Shown here: piece by piece, positions 1 through 7,138 of the stretch
How positions within the stretch are numbered: the stretch's first letter is position 1
Layout of the letters: each line of letters opens with the position of its first letter
Source of the DNA: Candidatus Caldarchaeum sp.
GTDB lineage: Archaea > Thermoproteota > Nitrososphaeria_A > Caldarchaeales > Caldarchaeaceae
DNA: 24,000 bases
Reading direction: 5' to 3'
Assembly (NCBI GenBank): GCA_038740895.1
Contig: JAVYLK010000006.1
Span: forward strand, 1-24,000
The notes under the pieces: model-generated
Database searches by the model: none
Seen by the model: only the letters and a program-made list of their open reading frames with translations
What the model was told of the DNA's origin: nothing
Program-made: the position numbers and the translations under genes

Positions 1-1
1 T

Positions 2-187
2 GTCACTCACGACCCGATTGAAGCATCGTTGATAGCTGACAGGATCTACCTCATGGAAAACGGGCTTGTAAAAAAGTCATACACAAACCCACTTAGGGAC
101 AAGGCTGAAAAGGTGCTGGAGGAATTTAACCTTTACAGATTGCTAGACTCGATGGAAAATCACCCCTTTCAAAAGGTGTTGAAATAA
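2..187 (+). CDS. ABC transporter ATP-binding protein, C-terminal fragment (truncated by window start)
   Basis: Open frame from base 2 translates VTHDPIEASLIADRIYLMENGLVKKSYTNPLRDKAEKVLEEFNLYRLLDSMENHPFQKVLK*, with H-loop-like VTHDPIEAS and DRIYLMENGLV typical of ABC ATPases. Confidence 0.8.
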   Translation, partial: VTHDPIEASLIADRIYLMENGLVKKSYTNPLRDKAEKVLEEFNLYRLLDSMENHPFQKVLK

Positions 188-218
188 ACTTAAGTAGGTT
201 TTTAGCATATCGACTCCG

Positions 219-321
219 GGGGGTGTAGCCGAGCAAGGCCAAGGCGTCGGGCTCCAGATCACGTCCCGGCTGGTCATGAGGCGGTACCCGAAGACCGTGG
301 GTTCAAGTCCCACCACCCCCA
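219..321 (+). tRNA. tRNA-Trp (CCA) with an anticodon-loop intron (approx. 258..285, 28 nt)
   Basis: Acceptor GGGGGTG/CACCCCC, T-arm GTGGG-TTCAAGT-CCCAC, anticodon stem TCGGG/CCCGA. Removing 258..285 gives loop CTCCAGA (anticodon CCA) with 5-nt variable loop AGACC. Flanking 3-nt bulges AGA and GTA give a relaxed bulge-helix-bulge. Confidence 0.85.
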
Positions 322-377
322 CCTCAGCTAAATCTTAAATCCTCTAGATGTTTGACTATGGGTTAGTGGCTTGAAGC

Positions 378-1094
378 GTGGAGGCCGAGGATAGTCTAAA
401 ACGACAGTTGATGAACACGATAGCCGGCGAGGTGATTTTTTCGGCGAGGCCCGGGGATGCTTTGAAGAAGTGGAGGATGTTGTTTGAGGAGAGTCAGAAG
501 AACTTGGCCAAGGCTATGGGAGTGGCCTCGTCTGTTTTGAGCGATTATGAGAAGAACCGCCGAAAGTCTCCAGGGACTGAGTTCATCAGAAGATATGTCA
601 ACGCTTTGATTAGCTTGGACGAGTCGAAGGGTGGGCTGCACATCAGGAAGTACGCTGGCTCCGTCAGGGACTTGTCGGGTGTTGTGCTTGGTATGGCTGA
701 GTACACCTCGCCTAGGACGCTGGCGGAGGTTGCTGATGCTATGAAGGGTGTTTGGCTTGCCGGGGAAGGGTTGAGGGACTCCTATGTCTACGGATACACA
801 GTTGTGGACAGCCTTCGTGCGATAAAGAACCTCGACTCACACGAATTCCTAAGACTGTTCGGCGGAAACTCTGTCCGAGTCGTGGTGTTCACAAACGTCT
901 CCAGGGGAAGATCGCCCATCATAGCAGCCAAGATATTCCCGATAAGGCCTCGGATGATAGCAATTCACGGGCCTCCAGGCAAGGAGGACGTCGACCCGTT
1001 CGCCGTGGAGCTGGCTTCGTCTGAAGGCATACCCTACGTCCTGTCTCTCCACAAAACGGTTGAAGATATACTGGACGGGCTCAGCTCGTTGTAG
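378..1094 (+). CDS. XRE-type helix-turn-helix transcriptional regulator, archaeal COG1709-like
   Basis: 238 aa, GTG start; HTH-like segment ESQKNLAKAMGVASSVLSDYEKNRRKSPG. Confidence 0.75.
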   Translation: MEAEDSLKRQLMNTIAGEVIFSARPGDALKKWRMLFEESQKNLAKAMGVASSVLSDYEKNRRKSPGTEFIRRYVNALISLDESKGGLHIRKYAGSVRDLSGVVLGMAEYTSPRTLAEVADAMKGVWLAGEGLRDSYVYGYTVVDSLRAIKNLDSHEFLRLFGGNSVRVVVFTNVSRGRSPIIAAKIFPIRPRMIAIHGPPGKEDVDPFAVELASSEGIPYVLSLHKTVEDILDGLSSL

Positions 1095-1518
1095 GAGCGT
1101 CGGCTCTCTTGACAAGCTTAGCGTTCAGTATGCCGTTCACGTACCTCAGCTCTCTCAAGATGGCCTCGTAGGGTAGCTTGACAGTCCGCCTAAAGCCCAT
1201 CCCGCCTTTGAGCACTAGCTTCCTTCCGAGGAGCTCTACCTTGACGTTGCTCTCCGGGCCGGGTACTTGAGCTGTGAGGTCGACCACATCTCCCTCATGC
1301 CTTATTTCGAGAAGAAAGTCATCCCACGCTGATGCGGCTAGGCTCTTGTTCAAGGCTTTGAACCAGTAGACAGCAAGACCTACTGCTAGGCCTCCCAGAA
1401 CTAGGCCTAAAAGCCCTGTCTGAAGACGTAGCATGAATGATAGAATTGCAACTCCGACTAGGAATAGCAGGAGATAGCCCAACCCGTTGAACCCGGTTCT
1501 TTTTACGTCTCTGCTCAA
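1081..1518 (-). CDS. Membrane-anchored protein with Hsp20/alpha-crystallin-like (CS-like) C-terminal domain
   Basis: 145 aa; two hydrophobic segments (LGYLLLFLVGVAILSFML; GLLGLVLGGLAVGLAVYWF) then VDLTAQVPGPESNVKVELLGRKLVLKG...RTVKLP, beta-rich with Hsp20-like pattern. Confidence 0.55.
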   Translation of the reverse strand: MSRDVKRTGFNGLGYLLLFLVGVAILSFMLRLQTGLLGLVLGGLAVGLAVYWFKALNKSLAASAWDDFLLEIRHEGDVVDLTAQVPGPESNVKVELLGRKLVLKGGMGFRRTVKLPYEAILRELRYVNGILNAKLVKRADAPTTS

Positions 1519-4310
1519 TCCACGACCACCCTCACGTACCTAAGCACAGTTATTCCCGACTGCTGATATACTGCGCCTAAATATAAGCTATCGCCAGAAA
1601 TCCAGTGGACTATAATAGCACCGTAATTCCTCCAAGACTCCGTGAATGACTGGAAGGTCTGTCTAATTTTCTCGAAATCCCTTTCGACGGTGTAGTTTAA
1701 GACTTCATGCTTGTAGACTATGTTGGCGTTGACCGTGTCGACGGCCTCGCCTCCCAGCCCGAGCTCCGTCAGCAGCTTTCTAAGGTTTTCAATCTTGGCT
1801 TCACGCGTGAGTGCGGCGGTGGGGGGTGGTGGTTGTTCGCCGAGCAGCTTCAGAAGATAGTTTCGGAATGCTTCGTCGATTGTATTGCCGAGACCCACGT
1901 AGTAAAGGCCCGTGAACGCAGCGCCCACAACCGCTATCGTTCCGATCTGCGTGACCACCCCCTCACCCTCTCTCGCTGTGTAAACAGGTATGACGTAGAC
2001 GGGATGGTCGCCGACCTCGTAGAAGATTGTTTCACCGATTCTTGGCGAGGCTAGCAGGGTGCTTAACGTTCTGAAGGCTGGGTCTCTCTGAAGAGCCTGA
2101 AGAGCCGCTGTGGGGCCTAGAAGCTTGATGGGCGAGTCGGGGTCTACCTTGTAGAAGTACATCTCACCCGTGTGGGGGTAGTCGTTGCGCACCACGGCGT
2201 AGCCGGCCAGGTTGAGCCCTCTAGCCCCCCTCAGCTCGAGCGACAGGATGCCGATGAACTCGAGGCTGTTCATGTTGGGCAGCCTTGCTTGAACGAAGTA
2301 TACGTCTACGCCTTGAGGAATCTCGTAAAACTCTCGGGCCTGTATGAATATGGCTGGGTCGTTGATGTGGTACAGAGAAAACTGCCTTATCTGGTATGAG
2401 AAGAGCTCCGCAGGATACCTGAGCTGGTTTTCAAGCCATTGTGGAACATCATCCTTCACGTAGTCAGAGTAGACTGTTTTGAACAGCTTGGTGAAAAAGT
2501 CGTTGCCCAGCGTAATCACCTCTATCGAGCCATCGTAGACGTCCACCAGCGCTATGCCGACGAACCTGACGAGGGGGTTCTCACGAGACCACGGAGTCTT
2601 GTCGGTTGGCAGGGAGATGATGAGCGGCATCATCCAGTAGGTTTTGACGCCGTCGGTGACCGGAAACATGTCGACGTAGTCGTTTCCTAGGAAGTATGTG
2701 AAGTAGGGGAAGAGCAGGGATACTCTGTCGTGGACGTCCCGATACCTTAGTAGTGTTATGCTGCGGTCTGGGTAGCTGAGGAAGAAGGTGATGTCGTACA
2801 GCCAGCTTAGCGGGGGCCCTACCAAGACTCCGCCCTTGCCGTTGTAGACGGCTCGGCCTATCTCGTCGGGTGTTTCCTTTCCATTTATGATCGCTGCCCA
2901 TGTTGCTGAGAAGAGGCTTCGGGCTCCCCCCTCACCGTAGTATATTCTCCTCTCCTTGAAAAACTGGGAGCTGTCAACCACTTCTCCCGTGTGCGCGTCG
3001 AGCATCAGGAATCCCTGGGGGATGTGGGTGTAGACGAGATGCCTGTTGTACCAAAGGTCGGCGCTAGTCACTGTAGCGGGCAGGACGGGCTTCATCGAGG
3101 CGCTCCAGTAGAGCGTGCCGTTGAACCGCAGTATGTCCGAGTCTTCAAAATCTATGTAGGGGATGAGACCGATCTCTGGCCTGAGTTTGGCAAAGGCGGC
3201 GCTCCAGTCCCACAGCCTCGTTCGTTCGAGTATGTTCATGCTTGACCGGGTGATTGAGTCGACTTCAAACGCTTGTACCTCCATCTTGCTGAAGTTGTAT
3301 GGGAGAATCTTAACCCTCAAGTCTGACAAGTACCTGTTGACCATGATCTCCTGCATCACATAGGGGCCTCTGTACTCGATCTTCTGAGCGTCTGCGATTG
3401 TGTTCTGAACAGTCACGATGGAGGCTGTTGAGAGAGCGATTATGACAATCAGCCCTGCTCTGAGGTAGATGTTGTTCAACAGCCTTCTTCCGGAGTAGTC
3501 TAGGTACCCGTAGAAAGCTAAAACCCCTGAAGCTAGGAAGCATGCTATTATCAGCACGCGTGTGTTGTAGTCGATGTAGGTGCTGAAGAAGAGGTTGAAG
3601 CCGGTCCATGCAAGACCGAGCGCTGCGAGGAATTGTATCGTCGAGGCTTTAATCGTAATCATGCCAGTCTCGCCGAACGAGATCAAGGCTTTTGTGAAAA
3701 CCTTGACTATGTTCGTCAACCCGATTAATAGCAGGAGCCTTACGCCGATGGCGCTGAAGATAGGCGGTATCAGGAGTATGAGGGCTGGAGAGGATTCGAT
3801 TACTGCTTCTGCGCCTACTGTCTCGCCGGGCTTGAAGGGCATGAAGGGGAGTAGTAATATCCGTTGTATCTGGCTCAGGCCTGTCTCCCAGCCGTTTAGC
3901 CATGCCAGGAAAGACATGCCGAAAACGCTGTTGGAGAAAAGGAAGGTTCCCAGAAGGAGTTTGGTCAACTGCCATGCTGTGAAGGTCTGAACCGAGAGGC
4001 GGAACCTTTCGAAGTCAAGCATCCTCGTTGAAAAACCACCCCGGAGCATTATGAGCAGAGACCTCAGAGCCCATATCGTCACCGATTTCCTAGATCTGAA
4101 ATCCAGCCTGAACAGCGCTATGAACGAGAGCACGAGGCCTCCAACGATGGAGAAGTAGAAGGGTCTTATGAAGAGGTCTCCGAACTCTACGATGTTAAGG
4201 TAGACGTTCAGGAATGAGCTTCCCACCAATCCGGTCAGAAGGAACGCCACCAGAGCGACGGCAAGCGCCGCCGTGAACCGCGTCCTCCTACCCCTCGATA
4301 CATACACCAA
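1515..4310 (-). CDS. UPF0182 (COG1615) family large membrane protein
   Basis: 931 aa with multiple N-terminal TM segments and a large extracytoplasmic domain; LRVKILPYN..., PYIDFEDSDILRFNGTLYW, GEGGARSLF-type motifs resemble UPF0182. Overlaps downstream gene by 4 nt. Confidence 0.75.
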   Translation of the reverse strand: MVYVSRGRRTRFTAALAVALVAFLLTGLVGSSFLNVYLNIVEFGDLFIRPFYFSIVGGLVLSFIALFRLDFRSRKSVTIWALRSLLIMLRGGFSTRMLDFERFRLSVQTFTAWQLTKLLLGTFLFSNSVFGMSFLAWLNGWETGLSQIQRILLLPFMPFKPGETVGAEAVIESSPALILLIPPIFSAIGVRLLLLIGLTNIVKVFTKALISFGETGMITIKASTIQFLAALGLAWTGFNLFFSTYIDYNTRVLIIACFLASGVLAFYGYLDYSGRRLLNNIYLRAGLIVIIALSTASIVTVQNTIADAQKIEYRGPYVMQEIMVNRYLSDLRVKILPYNFSKMEVQAFEVDSITRSSMNILERTRLWDWSAAFAKLRPEIGLIPYIDFEDSDILRFNGTLYWSASMKPVLPATVTSADLWYNRHLVYTHIPQGFLMLDAHTGEVVDSSQFFKERRIYYGEGGARSLFSATWAAIINGKETPDEIGRAVYNGKGGVLVGPPLSWLYDITFFLSYPDRSITLLRYRDVHDRVSLLFPYFTYFLGNDYVDMFPVTDGVKTYWMMPLIISLPTDKTPWSRENPLVRFVGIALVDVYDGSIEVITLGNDFFTKLFKTVYSDYVKDDVPQWLENQLRYPAELFSYQIRQFSLYHINDPAIFIQAREFYEIPQGVDVYFVQARLPNMNSLEFIGILSLELRGARGLNLAGYAVVRNDYPHTGEMYFYKVDPDSPIKLLGPTAALQALQRDPAFRTLSTLLASPRIGETIFYEVGDHPVYVIPVYTAREGEGVVTQIGTIAVVGAAFTGLYYVGLGNTIDEAFRNYLLKLLGEQPPPPTAALTREAKIENLRKLLTELGLGGEAVDTVNANIVYKHEVLNYTVERDFEKIRQTFQSFTESWRNYGAIIVHWISGDSLYLGAVYQQSGITVLRYVRVVVD

Positions 4311-4367
4311 ATCTAAACACTGGAAAAAGGTTTGAACGGCGTGTATTATAGCTTATTCCAAATTAGG

Positions 4368-5936
4368 CTAGTGCTCCAACCCCTTCCTCAACCCTAGGTA
4401 GACCGCAAAAGCTAGGGCTGGAATAATCAACAACGCTGCAAGCGTGTTGGGCAGCGGAATCGTTGGCTGAGGCTGCTTCATCACCTCGTCAAGGTATTCG
4501 ACGTAGTCCGATAGCCATCTCTCGGACACGGACGACGCTCCTGTTAAAGCCTGCCAGCCGACCAAGACCGTTGGCGTTGAGAAGCTCAGTAAAAACCCGT
4601 AAGCACCTGCTGGAAAAGCCGCTACACCGAGTGTTAGGCAGGCGGCGGCTAGGCCGGCGGGTTTGTTTACGGCGGTTAGCCTAGTTAGGCTGTATGCTGT
4701 GAGGCATGCGAGCGCTGGTACTGCCTGGGCTAGGAACCTGTACTCGAAGTGTGTGAAGAAGAATACATAGGGTATGGAGACTCCTCCCCAGATGACCAAG
4801 GGCCTTGCTTCGACGACTCGGTTTTTCAACACGAGCACGCCGCCCAGCAGCGATAGAGCTAGGATCGGCGTCGTCAGAAGCTGGGGGGTTGTGCTAGCCC
4901 AGACCGACGCCCGCTCAAAGGCGCCCAACCCGGTGCGAGCTATGTCGTTTCTAACCATGATGGAGTGAGCAACAGGTCTTGACAGAACCCCTCTTCCAGC
5001 TATCTGGTACTCATCCCCGAGCCTAACGTTGTCGAGAAAGTACGGGTAAAGGACGATTATGCATAAGACAACAGCTAGTAGGATGTCGAAGAATCTCTCC
5101 TCGATGCTCGGCCTGCGGGATACGAGGTTTTTCTGCTCAGCTATCTTGTACACAGCCAACGTTGCGAACAACGCTACAAACGTAATGAAAACAGGGAACA
5201 CCCTGTCTAGCAAAACAACTGTGGCGATGTCGGACAGGTACTGGAGAAACACTTCCTGGGTTAGTGAGACGGCGAGGTAGGCCGTCAAGCCTAGGAGGAC
5301 GAGTGCTAGGACCTTGAGAAGCCTCGAAGTCTTTGCAACCCAGATGAGAAACAACGCCAAGACAGGTATGAGGAGGAGGTTCTGGTCCCTCGCCAGTATG
5401 GCGACTGACATAAGGATTCCTGAAAGCCACATGTAAGGACCGTACCTCAGGCCTAGGGAGAAGGACGCCAGCGCTAGAAAAGCTAGGATAGAGCCCAGCG
5501 AATCTGTCAGGATGTAGGAGGTTGTCAGGACGAAGTAGTCATGCACAACCAGCATCAAGGCGGTGAGGAAGCCTGTCAAAAAACTCTTGAAGATCTTTGA
5601 AGTTAGGAGGAAGACGGCCACGACGCCGGCCGACACCGTCAAGGGTGATATTAGCCTAGCTGTCTCGACCGGCAGGCCCGCCGTGTAAAGGAGAGCGAGA
5701 AGCCACCAGAAAAGCGGAGGCCTCTCCTCGGCGTAGGGCCCCCTTGCTTGGCTTGGTTCTATCCGGCCGCTGGCTATGAGGGCGTTGTTTATGTATGCTT
5801 TGTCGTCCCAGAAGGGTGCTTCGTTGACGAGGGCTGGAGGGAGGTAGAACGCTAGTGAAAGAAGAAAAACAGCCAGCGATAGAATGTAGTGTTTACGGGT
5901 TTTCAGCGATAGCTCGACTCCATGCAGCATGGTCAA
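4368..5936 (-). CDS. Polytopic membrane glycosyltransferase, PMT/GT39-GT83-like
   Basis: 522 aa; N-terminal YLPPALVNEAPFWDDKAYINNALI... with acidic residues in the first loop and EERPPLFWWLLALLY pattern typical of PMT-2/ArnT-like proteins. Confidence 0.7.
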   Translation of the reverse strand: MTMLHGVELSLKTRKHYILSLAVFLLSLAFYLPPALVNEAPFWDDKAYINNALIASGRIEPSQARGPYAEERPPLFWWLLALLYTAGLPVETARLISPLTVSAGVVAVFLLTSKIFKSFLTGFLTALMLVVHDYFVLTTSYILTDSLGSILAFLALASFSLGLRYGPYMWLSGILMSVAILARDQNLLLIPVLALFLIWVAKTSRLLKVLALVLLGLTAYLAVSLTQEVFLQYLSDIATVVLLDRVFPVFITFVALFATLAVYKIAEQKNLVSRRPSIEERFFDILLAVVLCIIVLYPYFLDNVRLGDEYQIAGRGVLSRPVAHSIMVRNDIARTGLGAFERASVWASTTPQLLTTPILALSLLGGVLVLKNRVVEARPLVIWGGVSIPYVFFFTHFEYRFLAQAVPALACLTAYSLTRLTAVNKPAGLAAACLTLGVAAFPAGAYGFLLSFSTPTVLVGWQALTGASSVSERWLSDYVEYLDEVMKQPQPTIPLPNTLAALLIIPALAFAVYLGLRKGLEH

Positions 5937-5957
5937 GACTAAGCAGCTGCCTTCAAC

Positions 5958-6371
5958 CTAAGCGTACTTGCCGCAGCTGTAGCAGTACCATCTCTGGTAC
6001 TGTTCTATCCACGTAAGGTCTTTGCCGCACGTCGGGCAGGGATACTTCTCCTTCCGACCCTTCCCGGGCTTGGCGGGGATGTACGCGGTGGCTGGCTGCG
6101 GTGCTGCCGTAGTGGTGTATGCCGGGGCTGCGGCTTGCTCCGGCTGCTTCAGCTCTATCCTCTCCTTCAAGATGACTATGTCCCCAGCTGCTCCCACCAT
6201 GTTCCAGGCTATCTTCTCAAGGTTGTTGAACTTAGAAAGCACTTGAAGGCTTATTTCTCCGCCGCCGATCGGCAGCTCCACGTCTTGAATGGTTCCGACA
6301 AGGGTGCCGTCGGGGTTGTAAACCTGCATCCCTATTAATCTTCCTCTCGGGACAGAAGACATGTACTTCAC
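5958..6371 (-). CDS. PRC-barrel domain protein with Ala/Pro linker and C-terminal zinc ribbon
   Basis: 137 aa; N-term RGRLIGMQVYNPDGTLVGTIQDVELP (PRC-barrel pattern), linker PEQAAAPAYTTTAAPQPATAYIPAKPG, C-term CPTCGKDLTWIEQYQRWYCYSCGKY. Confidence 0.7.
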   Translation of the reverse strand: MKYMSSVPRGRLIGMQVYNPDGTLVGTIQDVELPIGGGEISLQVLSKFNNLEKIAWNMVGAAGDIVILKERIELKQPEQAAAPAYTTTAAPQPATAYIPAKPGKGRKEKYPCPTCGKDLTWIEQYQRWYCYSCGKYA

Positions 6372-6439
6372 CGCTTGGATGTCAAAGGATGTTAAAATAT
6401 TTTACTAGTGGTTTTCCGCTTGATGGGTGAGGGTTTTCG

Positions 6440-6733
6440 ATGGACATTAGGTCGGCTCAGCTGTTGATGGATGACCTGTATGGTTTGAGGGACAGGAGGC
6501 GGGGCTTGGAGAGGACGTTTACATGGTTCGTGTCGGAAGTGGGGGAGCTAGGAGACGCCGTCGTCAAGAACAAGGAAGCTTCCAGAGTTGGGGAGGAGGC
6601 GGCTGACGTGCTTGCCTGGCTGCTTAGCTTCTGCAACGTGGCCGGGCTTGACCTGGAACGGGCCTTCACAGAGAAGTATGGAGAAGCATGCCCGCGCTGC
6701 CGTTCAAAACCATGCGGCTGCCCTCCAGTCTAG
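6440..6733 (+). CDS. MazG-like nucleotide pyrophosphohydrolase with C-terminal Cys cluster
   Basis: 97 aa; FTWFVSEVGELGDAVVK...EEAADVLAWLLSFCNVAGLDLERAFTEKYGEACPRCRSKPCGC, showing the MazG EExxE/ExxD metal-binding pattern. Confidence 0.8.
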   Translation: MDIRSAQLLMDDLYGLRDRRRGLERTFTWFVSEVGELGDAVVKNKEASRVGEEAADVLAWLLSFCNVAGLDLERAFTEKYGEACPRCRSKPCGCPPV

Positions 6734-6963
6734 CGAGACCTCTGCCTAATCTCGTCCTCTATCTCCTCAAGGGTCTTCCCGGTGACGTCTATCCCGAGAG
6801 CGCGTGCTTTCTCGAGAATTTCCTCACGCTTCGATGCCTTCTCAAACTCCCTCTTCGCCTCCCCGAATGACTTGGCCAGCTTGGGCAGCTTGCCCGGAAG
6901 GATGTAGATGGCTATCAGTATGATGGCCGCTATTATCGCAACCTCTGTTAACGAGACCGCCAT
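6730..6963 (-). CDS. tatA: Sec-independent protein translocase subunit TatA/E
   Basis: 77 aa; single TM then ILPGKLPKLAKSFGEAKREFEKA, typical TatA amphipathic helix. Confidence 0.85.
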   Translation of the reverse strand: MAVSLTEVAIIAAIILIAIYILPGKLPKLAKSFGEAKREFEKASKREEILEKARALGIDVTGKTLEEIEDEIRQRSR

Positions 6964-7018
6964 GTCATAACGTTTCTACAGCAAGACTTAAAGGTTTAGA
7001 CAGAGTTGAGAAAGCTGG

Positions 7019-7092
7019 GGGCCGGTGGTCTAGCCTGGTATGACGCCGCCCTCACACGGCGGAGGTCGGCGGTTCAAGTCCGCCCCGGCCCA
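7019..7092 (+). tRNA. tRNA-Val (CAC)
   Basis: GGGCCGG/CCGGCCC acceptor; CCGCC-CTCACAC-GGCGG anticodon arm; GGCGG-TTCAAGT-CCGCC T-arm; no intron. Confidence 0.95.
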
Positions 7093-7107
7093 CGCCTTTT
7101 TAGAATG

Positions 7108-7116
7108 CTTATATTC
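7108..7116 (+). promoter_or_regulatory. Putative archaeal TATA box for the coxL-like gene
   Basis: cttatattc centred about 27 nt upstream of ATG at 7139. Confidence 0.5.
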
Positions 7117-7138
7117 AAGCTAGTATATACTTTAATCT

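Noticed and set aside
219-321. Alternative interpretation as tRNA-Leu/Met (CAG or CAT triplets within the arm)
   Set aside because: Only the CCA reading after intron removal gives a fully paired anticodon stem with a normal 7-nt loop and 5-nt variable loop.
2439-3609. Several overlapping 80-130 aa ORFs on other frames
   Set aside because: All lie within the UPF0182-like coding region and lack independent support.
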